Positions 27,336 to 37,415 of a DNA stretch of 64,000 nt are shown piece after piece (position 1 is the stretch's first letter; every line of letters begins with the position of its first letter). Source of the stretch: an uncultured Alphaproteobacteria bacterium. GTDB lineage: Bacteria; Pseudomonadota; Alphaproteobacteria; RF32; CAG-239. The notes under the pieces are model-generated. The model did no database searches, was not told the DNA's origin, and saw only the letters and a list, made by a program, of their open reading frames with translations. Position numbers and translations under genes: made by a program. The DNA lies in NCBI GenBank assembly GCA_944391405.1, contig CALXTN010000006.1, positions 13,885-77,884 on the forward strand, in the 5' to 3' direction.

Positions 27336-29870
27336 TTATGATTTTTTACGAAAGAATTTAATTTTTTGAGCAAAAGCTTTAATTTTGTTAACTGAAGAAG
27401 AATTATTTAAATCCGTAGCTTCAACTTTTTGCTTAATAGCGGCAGCTTGAGCTTCAGCCTTTTGAATAGCCTTTGAAGCGATTTGTTTAATGTGTTCAAA
27501 ATGTTTATCCACTTCTTTAGAATTAATATTTAAAATATTGTTTAAAATTATTTTTTGAGAAGAAGAAACATTATCAACATTACCTTCATTCATTTCCCAC
27601 TCCTCAAATTTAGACACGCTTTCTAAACTTTGTGTTACAGATGTTGCCGGTGTTTCAACTTCAGTTATAGTACCTATTGCTGTTTCATTATCAATAGTAG
27701 AATCATTTTTCTCATTTTGCGCAGGATCATATTCAATTACTTCTTCTGTATTGGAAACATCAGAATCATTCAAAATATCAGAAACATTAGCTATATCTAC
27801 AATTTCTTCTGTATTCTCAACAGCATCAATTTTATCGCCAGTCTTCAAAGCTTGATGAGAATCATCTTGTGGTGTTGTACATGAAACAGAATTTAAATTT
27901 ATTTCTGAGGAATTTGCAGAAAAACTTTCAACTTCATCATCAGCATTTTTCTTATTTTGAGATACATCATTATCCCAAGCACTAAGCAGCGCTGCATCCA
28001 AAGGTTCAGATAATTTTGAGGATATTTCAATAACATCTATATTATCATTATTCTCTTGATTATGAGAAACAACTTCTTCTTGAACTTTTTTTTGCGTATA
28101 GCTACGAAGAATATCAGCAGAAGAAGGAATACTACCAGCAGGTCTTGCAAAAGAATATGTAGGTAATTCAGGAGGATTATCTTGAATTTTCTGAGGAATA
28201 ACAATTTCATCAGTAGTTTTATAGACATTTTTTAACAAAGAAGTAAATTGTTTTCCATCATTACTCTCTATCTGTGTTTCAGTTTTATCAGTAATAGATA
28301 TATCAAATTGTCTAGGAGAACTTTGTTTATTTAAATTACCCCTCTCTACTTTTAAAGGTTGAATATTGTTTTGAGCAATTAGTTCAGTATTTTCATCCGC
28401 ATATTTTGCCAAATTTAGCATAGATGTCCCAACCATAAACTGTTCTAATTTATGTTTATCCATCGTTAACGGATTATCTTCCTTCGTCCCAATAATAATC
28501 CCATTATCTGTTTCAAATACACCTAATTTTAATTGCTGCGCCAAAAAACACATTTCTTGGGTTAAGTTATCATCAAGTATCATGATTGTATTAGAAAACA
28601 ATATAAACTGCTGCACCAATTCGTTTTTATCCAAGAACCAATTTCCTAATACTAAATACTTAAGAAGAGCTGCAGCTTGTTGAACACATCCCTCTTCAAT
28701 AAACACACGAACAGCAGTTAAGGTTCTTCTTGCCGTATATTCAACAAAGAAATCATTTTCGCCATGAAAATTCTGCAAATTAATACAAATAATATCTAAA
28801 ATAAACGCTTCAGATCCATTAACCTTCGGAAGCAAACGATGTAAAAAACCAATAAGTTCGGTAGCTTTTCCCTTTTTAGCCAATTCAAGCAATATCTGCA
28901 CAGCGGACTTAATTTGATTAAGTTCAACTAACATCATAGCAAAAACAACACCTTTAGGCTCAACATCTTTTTGAATATGTTTCAAGCAACGTTCCGTAAT
29001 AGGACGTATTTTTCCAAATTCATGTTTAATAAATTTAGCCTCTGTTTCCTCATAAAACCCGAATTCATCTTCAAATTTAGCTGCAAAATCTTCAATTTCC
29101 GCATTTCTAGCCAATAAAGGTTCTGCTTCAAGTTCAGATAAACCATCGAAAGCTTCATCAGCCATAAGTTTCGCCAAAACAGCATCATCAAGCCCGATAG
29201 ATTTAGGAGAAAACCCATCATTTACGGCATCAAAAAGATATGAAAAGAGATAATCTTTTTCCCATTCTGCTAATTTACGGTGAGTATAAGCTGCGACATC
29301 ACAAAGTTTACGAAGCACATCAGTTTTTTCATAAATAGCAGCCACTGCGTCTGTCGTAACTCCGCAAGCCGCCCCCATACCTCTAAATCTTTCCAAATAA
29401 GCTTTTAGTTTATCAGTTAACTCAGCTTCATCAAGTTGTTCCATTAATTTTTTATAATCAACACAAAAAGGAGACACTTGCTGAGCCAAAGAAGCATCAG
29501 TTTTAACTAATTTTTCTAAAACAGTTTTACGAAATTTAACACTTGCTTGAAAATTATCCAACCCCTTCCAAGCTTTTAAGCGTCCATCTGTAAACTGTTC
29601 TGCCATATTTCGATTATAATCAGCAAGAAATCCCTTATCAAAAGCACTCACAACACCAAACTGCACCAAAGCATCCCAAATTTTATGTCGCACGGCAACA
29701 GACGTACCTTTAACTCCGGAAACACCAATCAACCCCCATAAATAAGAAAAATTAACCTTTTGAAAAAGATCATCATTTTCGGGAGCTCCCAATTTTTTCA
29801 TAAACCGTTCAACGACGATTTCCTTACCTAAACCGACCAAATTTTGCAGTTCAGCATCATTCCACAACAT
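27336..29870 (-). CDS. hypothetical 844-aa protein: helical N-terminal ~470 aa plus an N/D/S/E-rich low-complexity C-terminal half
   Basis: ORF track; no signal peptide and no motif I recognise. Confidence 0.6.
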   Translation of the reverse strand: MLWNDAELQNLVGLGKEIVVERFMKKLGAPENDDLFQKVNFSYLWGLIGVSGVKGTSVAVRHKIWDALVQFGVVSAFDKGFLADYNRNMAEQFTDGRLKAWKGLDNFQASVKFRKTVLEKLVKTDASLAQQVSPFCVDYKKLMEQLDEAELTDKLKAYLERFRGMGAACGVTTDAVAAIYEKTDVLRKLCDVAAYTHRKLAEWEKDYLFSYLFDAVNDGFSPKSIGLDDAVLAKLMADEAFDGLSELEAEPLLARNAEIEDFAAKFEDEFGFYEETEAKFIKHEFGKIRPITERCLKHIQKDVEPKGVVFAMMLVELNQIKSAVQILLELAKKGKATELIGFLHRLLPKVNGSEAFILDIICINLQNFHGENDFFVEYTARRTLTAVRVFIEEGCVQQAAALLKYLVLGNWFLDKNELVQQFILFSNTIMILDDNLTQEMCFLAQQLKLGVFETDNGIIIGTKEDNPLTMDKHKLEQFMVGTSMLNLAKYADENTELIAQNNIQPLKVERGNLNKQSSPRQFDISITDKTETQIESNDGKQFTSLLKNVYKTTDEIVIPQKIQDNPPELPTYSFARPAGSIPSSADILRSYTQKKVQEEVVSHNQENNDNIDVIEISSKLSEPLDAALLSAWDNDVSQNKKNADDEVESFSANSSEINLNSVSCTTPQDDSHQALKTGDKIDAVENTEEIVDIANVSDILNDSDVSNTEEVIEYDPAQNEKNDSTIDNETAIGTITEVETPATSVTQSLESVSKFEEWEMNEGNVDNVSSSQKIILNNILNINSKEVDKHFEHIKQIASKAIQKAEAQAAAIKQKVEATDLNNSSSVNKIKAFAQKIKFFRKKS

Positions 29871-29995
29871 ACCGTAAAAAATCTCCCTACCAACAATAGT
29901 TTATTGTACAAAGAAAGAAAGAAACTGTCAAGGCAGAAAATCAAGCTTTTAACATCACAGATTCACAAAATATCTACACTAGCCACAAATATAGC

Positions 29996-30024
29996 TTGAC
30001 AAAATCAACAAGAAAGATTATGTG
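29996..30024 (+). promoter_or_regulatory. candidate sigma-70 promoter of rpoD
   Basis: TTGACA-N17-TATGTG, about 75 nt upstream of the ATG. Confidence 0.35.
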
Positions 30025-30098
30025 TATAACCGCTTGCAATTTTTTGTCCGTTTATACTACGTATAAAAGGCAATTTAAAATCGATTTTAAGGAACGAC

Positions 30099-32159
30099 AT
30101 GTCAGAAACAGATAATGAAGATTACAGAACATCCGATGCACCATTGTTAGATACATTTGGCGGCGCACTAAAAAAACTAATCGCCAAAGGAAAAGAACAA
30201 GGCTACATCACTATAGAAGAACTCAATCAGGCTTTACCATCTGAAAAAGAGACTTCAGACCAAATAGAAGATATCATGGCAGCGATTTCCGATATGGAAA
30301 TCAGCATAATTTCAGCTGATGAAACAGAAGATTTTGAAGACGATAATGGCGAAGATGAACATCTGGAAGAAGATGAAATCATAGATGACGAAGACGGCGT
30401 AGGCAATTTAGATGGTAAAGAGCTTATGCGCTCGGATGATCCGGTTCGTATGTACCTAAAAGAAATGGGGACAGTTGAATTATTGTCAAGAGAAGGAGAA
30501 ATCGCAATCGCTAAAAGAATAGAAGCCGGCAAAACAGTTATGATTGGCGGACTTTGCGAAAATCCAATGACATTAAAAGCAATCTCCAAATGGCGCGATG
30601 AATTGGTCGAAGGAACTATGCAATTGCGCAATATAATAGATTTGGAAATGATGTATGGTGTTGATTCTGAAGCAATCGTCTATGATGATGAAACTCCACA
30701 AGTTGATGATTTAGAACAGGTTACCAAAGATCTAGAAGGCAAAAATCTGGATGAAATTGATGATGATTTAGAAAATGATATAGAATTTGATGATACTGTA
30801 GATGATGAACCGGAAGAAGACGTATCCGAAAATGAGGATTTAGACGGTGAAGGCGAAGGCGAATTAGATGAAGATGAAAGCGGTCACAGTACCACTTCAA
30901 TCAGCGCCATGGAAACCGCTCTCTTTGAACCAGTACTGGATATTTTAAACAAAATCTCCAGCTATTACGATGAATTAAGTCGAATTCAAAGTCAACGTAT
31001 GAAAGCAATCTTAGCTGGAAGAAAAGCCCAACCTGCGTTGGAAAAGAAATATACCAATATCAAAAAAGAATTGATTGAGTTAATGAGTTCTATTCACTTA
31101 AACTCAGCACGTGTTGAGGAATTGGTAGAACAATTAAACGAATTAAACCGCCGCTTGATGGGGGTTGAAGGTAAATTAATGCGTTTGGCCTTAAATTGCC
31201 GCGTTAAGAGAGAAGATTTCTTGGAAGCATATCAACGCTCCGAATTAGACCCACACTGGGTGGAAAAAATGGCTGAAAAGAAAGACAAACATTGGCAAAA
31301 CTTCATCAAAGATAACCTTGAAGAAATTACCGAGTTGCGTAACTCTTTAGCAGAAATGAGTAAAGAATGTGGTTTGCCGATTTCAGAATATCGTAAAATG
31401 GTAGATACCATTAAACGTGGCGAAAGAGAAGCAGACAGAGCTAAAAAAGAGATGATTGAAGCAAACTTAAGATTAGTTATCTCAATCTCTAAAAAATACA
31501 CCAACCGCGGTATGCAATTCTTAGATTTAATTCAAGAAGGCAACATCGGTTTGATGAAAGCCGTAGATAAATTTGAATACCGCAGAGGCTATAAATTCTC
31601 AACCTATGCAACCTGGTGGATACGTCAGGCAATCACACGTTCCATTGCCGACCAAGCACGCACAATCCGTATTCCAGTTCATATGATTGAGACCATCAAT
31701 AAATTGGTAAGAACCTCACGCCAAATGTCTTTGGAAATGGGCAGAGAACCAATACCAGAGGAATTGGCAAAGAGATTATCTATGCCGGTTGATAAAATCC
31801 GCAAGGTAATGAAAATAGCCAAAGAACCGGTCAGCCTTGAAGCTCCGGTCGGAGATGAAGAAGATTCATCATTGGGTGATTTTATTGCTGATGAAAACGC
31901 ATTACAACCGATTGATTCCGCAATTCATGCCAACTTAAAAGAAACATGCACCCGCATTTTATCATCCCTTACCCCAAGAGAAGAAAGAGTATTGCGTATG
32001 CGTTTCGGTATCGGTATGAATACGGACCACACATTGGAAGAAGTTGGACAGCAATTTAATGTCACCAGAGAGCGTATTCGTCAAATTGAGGCAAAGGCAT
32101 TAAGAAAATTGAAGCACCCGAGCCGCAGTAAGAAATTACGTTCTTTCTTAGATCAATAA
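30099..32159 (+). CDS. rpoD: RNA polymerase primary sigma factor
   Basis: 686 aa with an acidic region 1.1 and spacer. Region 2 [27 protein letters not shown]; region 4.2 [27 protein letters not shown]. Confidence 0.97.
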   Translation: MSETDNEDYRTSDAPLLDTFGGALKKLIAKGKEQGYITIEELNQALPSEKETSDQIEDIMAAISDMEISIISADETEDFEDDNGEDEHLEEDEIIDDEDGVGNLDGKELMRSDDPVRMYLKEMGTVELLSREGEIAIAKRIEAGKTVMIGGLCENPMTLKAISKWRDELVEGTMQLRNIIDLEMMYGVDSEAIVYDDETPQVDDLEQVTKDLEGKNLDEIDDDLENDIEFDDTVDDEPEEDVSENEDLDGEGEGELDEDESGHSTTSISAMETALFEPVLDILNKISSYYDELSRIQSQRMKAILAGRKAQPALEKKYTNIKKELIELMSSIHLNSARVEELVEQLNELNRRLMGVEGKLMRLALNCRVKREDFLEAYQRSELDPHWVEKMAEKKDKHWQNFIKDNLEEITELRNSLAEMSKECGLPISEYRKMVDTIKRGEREADRAKKEMIEANLRLVISISKKYTNRGMQFLDLIQEGNIGLMKAVDKFEYRRGYKFSTYATWWIRQAITRSIADQARTIRIPVHMIETINKLVRTSRQMSLEMGREPIPEELAKRLSMPVDKIRKVMKIAKEPVSLEAPVGDEEDSSLGDFIADENALQPIDSAIHANLKETCTRILSSLTPREERVLRMRFGIGMNTDHTLEEVGQQFNVTRERIRQIEAKALRKLKHPSRSKKLRSFLDQ

Positions 32160-32171
32160 TAAAGAAACATG

Positions 32172-32200
32172 CCCCGTCATAATGGCGGGGTTTTCTTTTT
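32172..32200 (+). terminator. intrinsic terminator after rpoD
   Basis: CCCCGTC-ATAAT-GGCGGGG followed by TTTTCTTTTT. Confidence 0.7.
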
Positions 32201-32277
32201 ACGAACATTCCCCTACTCTGTTATAAATATATACAAAAAAGGCGGCGTTTCCGATAAGGAAACAACCGCTAATAAAA

Positions 32278-33780
32278 TTACTCAGCAAGTTTTTGTAAAT
32301 TGATAACATCATCAAGAGAAAGAACATGTTCCGTATCAAGTTTCTTCTTTAAAGTAGAAACTTGATTAAGCGCATTAACATAATCTTGATATTTCTGCTT
32401 AAAATCTTGTGTCAAACGTTTTATTTCCGCTGAAGCAGAACCCTCACCTTCAAGATGAGCAAACATTTGTTCTATCCGCGCCTCACTCCGGCGCAGCAAA
32501 TTTGTCTCGTAAGTTCTCATAAAGTCTACAGGCATTTCATCATACGGATACACATTCAAAATACGTCCCGTTTCCCAATAATTCACCAATTCATTAGGCC
32601 AATGAGCACGAGCAAATGCGGAAAAATGATCCCATTTAGCTTGTATTTGACAACAACTCATGCGATACATCTGTCGAGAAATATCGTGCAACACGCCTGT
32701 CAACTTAGAAAATCCCCGTTCTGTTGCCTCAGCCAACTTACAGATATCTTGGCGTAAATTAGCAATATCCACCTTAAGTTCCGTCGTCAGTTCCAAGACA
32801 TTCCCCGTATAGAAGAAAGCTCGATTCGCATAAACGTCGTTATTGGGATTGATAAACCGCTCATTCCACAACCAACTTGTATCAGAATACCCCAAAATCA
32901 CCAGTTTATTAATGTCAAAAACATTTTTTAAATCACAATATGCATGGCGCCATTTTGAAGTATGAATCCAATACAAGGTCTGCACAATTTCCAGCGGAGA
33001 AAGCACCGCAGACACAGGCACATCTTCAACAAGCAAGTGTTCATTAGCTGCGCATTGCCGTTTATCCTCTACTTTATGCTGTAGTTCATAATACGGTTCG
33101 TGCCCAATTTTATAAACGCAATTAAACCCGACTTTTATATAATCCGGATCATAAAGACAATACTCATACCAATCGTCTCGATAATATCGGCTGAGCCATT
33201 TGCAAAAAGCTCGTTGTTCATTCGGCTTATCACGATAACCCTCTGCATGATGCCCGTACCAATCAAACCAATCTCCGCGAAAATAAGGTTGAAAACTTTT
33301 ATTTTCAAATGGTCTGAAAAAGAATTGTCCGGAAAGAATATCAAAATAGACTTTAATGATATCAAATTTTTGCGCCAACTCATCTTCCCACAAAAGATTT
33401 TCATCAAATCTCCGTTTCAGATACTCTGCTTTTCTATCATATCTATCTTCAGCCTCATAAGGAGCTAATTCAACAAATGTTCTAATATCCACATCACGTC
33501 GTTCGGGCAGTTCAGCCATATTGATAGAAGGAAACCACTCTTCAATCAAACGTTTCCAATTCCATCCATCTTTAAATTTATAAGCCAGCGTCTCGTAAAC
33601 AAGATTAAATCCCAAATCGTTTTGAAAAGATTTAGGTTGTTTATCGGATTTAAACCGCACCTGAGCAAAAAAGACATCACAACAGTAATATCCGTTATCA
33701 CACAAGTATTTACTCACACAAGCCCGCATAAAGCGCGCATCTAAAAACTCCTGTCGTAAAGGAACATAAAAATCATTCAT
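32278..33780 (-). CDS. hypothetical 500-aa cytoplasmic protein, rich in W/Y/F/C/D/R
   Basis: ORF track; no recognised motif. Confidence 0.6.
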   Translation of the reverse strand: MNDFYVPLRQEFLDARFMRACVSKYLCDNGYYCCDVFFAQVRFKSDKQPKSFQNDLGFNLVYETLAYKFKDGWNWKRLIEEWFPSINMAELPERRDVDIRTFVELAPYEAEDRYDRKAEYLKRRFDENLLWEDELAQKFDIIKVYFDILSGQFFFRPFENKSFQPYFRGDWFDWYGHHAEGYRDKPNEQRAFCKWLSRYYRDDWYEYCLYDPDYIKVGFNCVYKIGHEPYYELQHKVEDKRQCAANEHLLVEDVPVSAVLSPLEIVQTLYWIHTSKWRHAYCDLKNVFDINKLVILGYSDTSWLWNERFINPNNDVYANRAFFYTGNVLELTTELKVDIANLRQDICKLAEATERGFSKLTGVLHDISRQMYRMSCCQIQAKWDHFSAFARAHWPNELVNYWETGRILNVYPYDEMPVDFMRTYETNLLRRSEARIEQMFAHLEGEGSASAEIKRLTQDFKQKYQDYVNALNQVSTLKKKLDTEHVLSLDDVINLQKLAE

Positions 33781-33888
33781 AAGCGTAAATTTTTAAGACA
33801 TAATAACTTTTTAATTGCCTACAATATAGACACAAGAAAACCTAAAAGCAACTAAAATTTGTCAAATTGTCTCATAATCATCGCATAC

Positions 33889-33916
33889 AAAAAAAGCACC
33901 GATACAAGATCGATGC
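33889..33916 (-). terminator. intrinsic terminator after the 285-aa membrane protein gene
   Basis: Minus-strand GCATCGAT-CTTGT-ATCGGTGC (one G-U pair) followed by T7. Confidence 0.6.
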
Positions 33917-33935
33917 CTAGCAATAAATTGTCAGA

Positions 33936-34793
33936 TTAATTTTCTTCTTCTGACGAATTTGAATTATTTTGTTTAGCTATCCTTCGCTCTAAGTATATTA
34001 ACTTTAATTGCATAAAAATAACCAAACAAAGGACAATAATAAGAAGGAAAGACCTAAAAAGCAATTCTGAAGCTTCTTTATAAGCATTTCTCATAAAATC
34101 CACATCAAGCTTACTAAGTTCAGAAGAAGAAGCAAAATAGCTGTCTTCCCAATCATAAATTTGTTTAATTTCAGATAACTCACATTCTATTCCGGTAATA
34201 AAATCAATATTAAGCGATAAGTCATGATCCCATACCGAAACAGCGATAGGTGCCTCATTTTTAGTTAAAGCTAAAAAGTCAAACACATGAAAAAAATTAA
34301 GCATTAGAATCAAAATAAGCACCACTCTGACAGTTGTAGACACAATTTTTCCTTTATTTGGATCTATCGTAAACAACTTAAGACCATACAAATAACAAAA
34401 CCACGCCATCAAACCTAAACCAATCAAAAACCAAGGTATAGATGAATGAAAAAAATCATAGAAAGCTAATTTAAAACAGGAAATAATTAAAGCATTAGCT
34501 CTATTTATATCCAAGTTTGAAATAACAGCCACATAACTTTCCGTAGTATAGACATAGATTTTTTTATTCCAATCAATTTCCTCACCTATCCATCCTAATT
34601 TAGCATATGTAGTCATATAGGTTTTCGGAGAATGAATTGAATCAAGCTCATCATTAATAATCAAAAGTTCCTCTTTTGAATTATATTGAGCAAATCCGTA
34701 AGCCCCTAAAGTACGAGGTCCTGAATTGTTATCATCCTGAAAAAAGTATCCCAAAATCAAAATAAAACAACAAAAAAACAAAAACTTTTTCAT
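33936..34793 (-). CDS. hypothetical polytopic membrane protein (285 aa)
   Basis: ORF track; N-terminal signal or anchor, and 4-5 TM segments. Confidence 0.6.
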   Translation of the reverse strand: MKKFLFFCCFILILGYFFQDDNNSGPRTLGAYGFAQYNSKEELLIINDELDSIHSPKTYMTTYAKLGWIGEEIDWNKKIYVYTTESYVAVISNLDINRANALIISCFKLAFYDFFHSSIPWFLIGLGLMAWFCYLYGLKLFTIDPNKGKIVSTTVRVVLILILMLNFFHVFDFLALTKNEAPIAVSVWDHDLSLNIDFITGIECELSEIKQIYDWEDSYFASSSELSKLDVDFMRNAYKEASELLFRSFLLIIVLCLVIFMQLKLIYLERRIAKQNNSNSSEEEN

Positions 34794-34827
34794 ATCTATA
34801 AAAAATTAATAATTAATAATCGCAAGC

Positions 34828-34855
34828 ATCTTAGAATGACTAGACAAAAAGTCAA
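34828..34855 (-). promoter_or_regulatory. candidate sigma-70 promoter for 33936..34793
   Basis: Minus strand reads TTGACT-N16-TAAGAT. Confidence 0.35.
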
Positions 34856-35016
34856 GCAGTTTTATATAAAAAAAACTCAAATATAAAGCCCTATACCATA
34901 TAAATTTTTAATAGATATTCTGAAACAATCAGATGATACAGAAAACCACGAAATATACTCAACAACTATCTCAATATTACTTTTTTCCCCTATAACAAAT
35001 AATCTTAATCCTCTGT

Positions 35017-35031
35017 AAAAAAAAAAAAAAA
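35017..35031. repeat. A15 homopolymer tract (T15 on the minus strand)
   Basis: Read directly: ctgt-A15-gaaaac-A8. Confidence 0.9.
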
Positions 35032-35036
35032 GAAAA

Positions 35037-35072
35037 CAAAAAAAAGAGTCGTCAAAACAAATTAACGACTCT
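35037..35072 (-). terminator. intrinsic terminator after rplI
   Basis: Minus-strand AGAGTCGT-N12-ACGACTCT followed by T8, then the T15 tract. Confidence 0.6.
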
Positions 35073-35120
35073 AACATTTAATCTACCTAAAAAAGGCAAA
35101 TAAAGAACAATAAGCTAAGT

Positions 35121-35657
35121 TTAGTTAGCTGCAACAACTTGTTCTGGTTCAGCTTTAACAGCAGTTTCAGCAGATTGATTATTATAAGCTTTTTCTTGTT
35201 TTTTAGCTTCATCAGTTGTTCTTGCAACATTAACCAAGATAGTTTGAGAAACTTCCGGGTGCAAACTCAACTTAACCTGATAAACGCCCAAATATTTAAT
35301 CGGCTTATCCAAAGAAACGAAACGACGTTCCAAAGCAACACCAGATTCATTAATAGCTTGAGCAATATCACGGATAGTAACAGAACCATAAAGTTGACCT
35401 GTTTCAGCAGCTTGACGAATAACAACAGCGGAGAAACCTTTTAATTCCTCAGCTTTTTTGTTAGCTTCATCAAAGAGAGCCTTATTGCGAGCTTCCAATT
35501 CAGCGCGTTGTTTTTCAAAATAAGCAACATTAGCTTCAGTAGCGCGCAAAGCTTTATTTTGAGGCAACAAGTAGTTACGAGCGTAACCGTTTTTAACATG
35601 AACTTTATCGCCCATTTTGCCTAATTTTTCGACATGTTCCAAAAGAATGATTTCCAT
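35121..35657 (-). CDS. rplI: 50S ribosomal protein L9 (with Ala/Glu/Lys-rich C-terminal extension)
   Basis: MEIILLEHVEKLGKMGDKVHVKNGYARNYLLPQNKA. Confidence 0.9.
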   Translation of the reverse strand: MEIILLEHVEKLGKMGDKVHVKNGYARNYLLPQNKALRATEANVAYFEKQRAELEARNKALFDEANKKAEELKGFSAVVIRQAAETGQLYGSVTIRDIAQAINESGVALERRFVSLDKPIKYLGVYQVKLSLHPEVSQTILVNVARTTDEAKKQEKAYNNQSAETAVKAEPEQVVAAN

Positions 35658-35669
35658 TGTTCCATCTCC

Positions 35670-35888
35670 TTAGTTAGCAACATACGGCAAGAGAGCAACA
35701 TAACGTGCACGTTTGATAGCACGAGCGATTTCTCTTTGAGTTTTTGCGGTTACGTTAGTGATACGGCTAGGCATAATTTTGCCTTTTTCCGAGATATAGC
35801 GAGAAAGAAACTTTGTATCTTTATAATCAATAACAAAATTAGAATTATCGCTAAAATTTTTTCTTTTAAAAAATGCTTTATTAGCCAT
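35670..35888 (-). CDS. rpsR: 30S ribosomal protein S18
   Basis: [34 protein letters not shown]. Confidence 0.9.
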   Translation of the reverse strand: MANKAFFKRKNFSDNSNFVIDYKDTKFLSRYISEKGKIMPSRITNVTAKTQREIARAIKRARYVALLPYVAN

Positions 35889-35902
35889 TATTCCATCTCC
35901 TA

Positions 35903-36232
35903 TTATTGAGCAGCTTCATCAGCAGCTTTATCATCTTTGCTGCTAAATTCTTCAACTTTAACCGTCATATAGCGGATAATATCTTCGTTCAAACGAGCCA
36001 AGCGTTCAAATTCAAAAATAGCGTTAGCCGGAGCTGAAATATTCAAAACAACATAGTAACCTTTACGGTTCTTTTTAATGCGGTAAGCCAGGTTTTTCAA
36101 GCCCCAGTTATCAACATTAACAACTTCGCCGCCTTCTTTTTTAATAGCTTCAGACAAAGTTGCAACAATGTCATTAACTTGAGACTGACCGAGATCCTGA
36201 CGTGCAATCAACATACTTTCGTATTTAGTCAT
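35903..36232 (-). CDS. rpsF: 30S ribosomal protein S6
   Basis: [13 protein letters not shown]...[22 protein letters not shown]. Confidence 0.9.
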   Translation of the reverse strand: MTKYESMLIARQDLGQSQVNDIVATLSEAIKKEGGEVVNVDNWGLKNLAYRIKKNRKGYYVVLNISAPANAIFEFERLARLNEDIIRYMTVKVEEFSSKDDKAADEAAQ

Positions 36233-36312
36233 CTAAAAAAATCTCCTTATGGATTCTCAACAAAATTAATGTATAGCCGTAGAAACGATTTCCTACAGCA
36301 AGGACACTGCGA

Positions 36313-36340
36313 AATATAACAAAATAATTTTAAATTGCAA
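36313..36340 (-). promoter_or_regulatory. candidate sigma-70 promoter of the rpsF-rpsR-rplI operon
   Basis: Minus strand reads TTGCAA-N16-TATATT. A leader of about 75 nt contains a minus-strand-specific hairpin at 36279-36296. Confidence 0.35.
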
Positions 36341-36476
36341 GCACTTTTTACACCCATAATTATCCCTATTTAAAGCATTTACGCCCCATTGGTACAATAA
36401 AAGCATTTTTTTCTTGCAGCGTGTAAGAAAACGCGTTATACTAAAAGCTCAATAACTTAATTTTTATTATATATAT

Positions 36477-36749
36477 ATGGAAAAAGTAATTTCATGCAGT
36501 TTAAGCAACCAAGAAGTTGCCGCTGCGCAGTCAAGAGAATTAAATCCGGCAGAACAGATTGAACTCATCTGCCTAAATGATGAAGAATTTCTTAAAGGTT
36601 ATATAAGCGATAATCGCTTTGATGCCGAAGTTGAAAAAAGTTTTGTTGAGTTCGGTAAAATTGCTATGATTCTGTTTTACCGCAGGATACATGGACTAAC
36701 CGAAGCTGCAAAGCAAATTTTCAACCAGCGGTTCGGCAATTTATTGTAG
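36477..36749 (+). CDS. hypothetical 90-aa protein
   Basis: ORF track, with its own promoter-like TTGCAG-N17-TATACT upstream and a terminator downstream. Confidence 0.45.
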   Translation: MEKVISCSLSNQEVAAAQSRELNPAEQIELICLNDEEFLKGYISDNRFDAEVEKSFVEFGKIAMILFYRRIHGLTEAAKQIFNQRFGNLL

Positions 36750-36768
36750 CGCTGCATAAAAAAACACA

Positions 36769-36806
36769 GAAAGTCTCTGCCCTCACTGGCAAAGACTTTC
36801 TTTTTT
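36769..36806 (+). terminator. intrinsic terminator
   Basis: GAAAGTCT(c)TGCC-N6-GGCA(a)AGACTTTC followed by T6. Confidence 0.7.
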
Positions 36807-36821
36807 AAGCTCAAAAAAAAC

Positions 36822-36850
36822 TTTACAAATAAACAATCTCGCCTTATACA
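36822..36850 (+). promoter_or_regulatory. candidate sigma-70 promoter of ybaK
   Basis: TTTACA-N17-TATACA. Confidence 0.4.
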
Positions 36851-36889
36851 CGCCTTAAACAAACTGCGACTACATAGAGGGGTATAACC

Positions 36890-37369
36890 ATGTCCAATGT
36901 TAAAACCAATGCAATGAGGATTTTGGATAAACACAAGATAGCCTATAAAACTTACAGCTACGCCAATACGCCGGCAATATCGGGAACGGAAGTCGCCGCG
37001 GCCCTTGGAGAAAACCCTGCACAGGTGTTTAAGACATTGGTAACCACAGGCAAGAGTGGTACGCATTATGTATTTATGCTTCCCGTCGCGGAAGAGTTGG
37101 ATTTGAAAAAAGCAGCAGCAGTAGTTGGTGAAAAATCAGTAGAGATGTTGAAACAAAAAGATTTGTTACCCTTAACCGGATATGTACACGGCGGTTGCTC
37201 ACCGATTGGTATGAAAAAGCAGTTTAAGACCGTTGCACACCAAACAGCGCAAGACTTTGCAACAATTATATTCAGCGCCGGAATGATTGGTTATCAGGTA
37301 GAATTATCGTTAAAAGACTTGACAAATATTATTCCGCTAACCACAGCGGATATCATCGCTCAAGGTTAG
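36890..37369 (+). CDS. ybaK: Cys-tRNA(Pro)/Cys-tRNA(Cys) deacylase
   Basis: 159 aa; VFKTLV...LDLKKAAAVVGEKSVEM...LTGYVHGGCSPIGMKKQFKT matches the YbaK/EbsC family along its whole length. Confidence 0.9.
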   Translation: MSNVKTNAMRILDKHKIAYKTYSYANTPAISGTEVAAALGENPAQVFKTLVTTGKSGTHYVFMLPVAEELDLKKAAAVVGEKSVEMLKQKDLLPLTGYVHGGCSPIGMKKQFKTVAHQTAQDFATIIFSAGMIGYQVELSLKDLTNIIPLTTADIIAQG

Positions 37370-37374
37370 CACAT

Positions 37375-37402
37375 AAAAAAAAAGAGTGCCAATAAAGCAC
37401 TC
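37375..37402 (-). terminator. intrinsic terminator after 37416..37877
   Basis: Minus-strand GAGTGC-N7-GCACTC followed by T9. Confidence 0.65.
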
Positions 37403-37415
37403 CTCAAGAAAAAAC

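Noticed and set aside
34877-35077. 66-aa ORF between the membrane-protein gene and rplI.
   Set aside because: It is the translation of the poly-A/T tracts (FFFFFY...). It overlaps the rplI terminator and has no SD.
36677-37066. 129-aa minus-strand ORF overlapping the 3' end of the 90-aa ORF, a terminator and the ybaK start.
   Set aside because: It runs antisense across a clear terminator and promoter and across the well-supported ybaK gene. Its composition is Cys/Arg-rich and junk-like.
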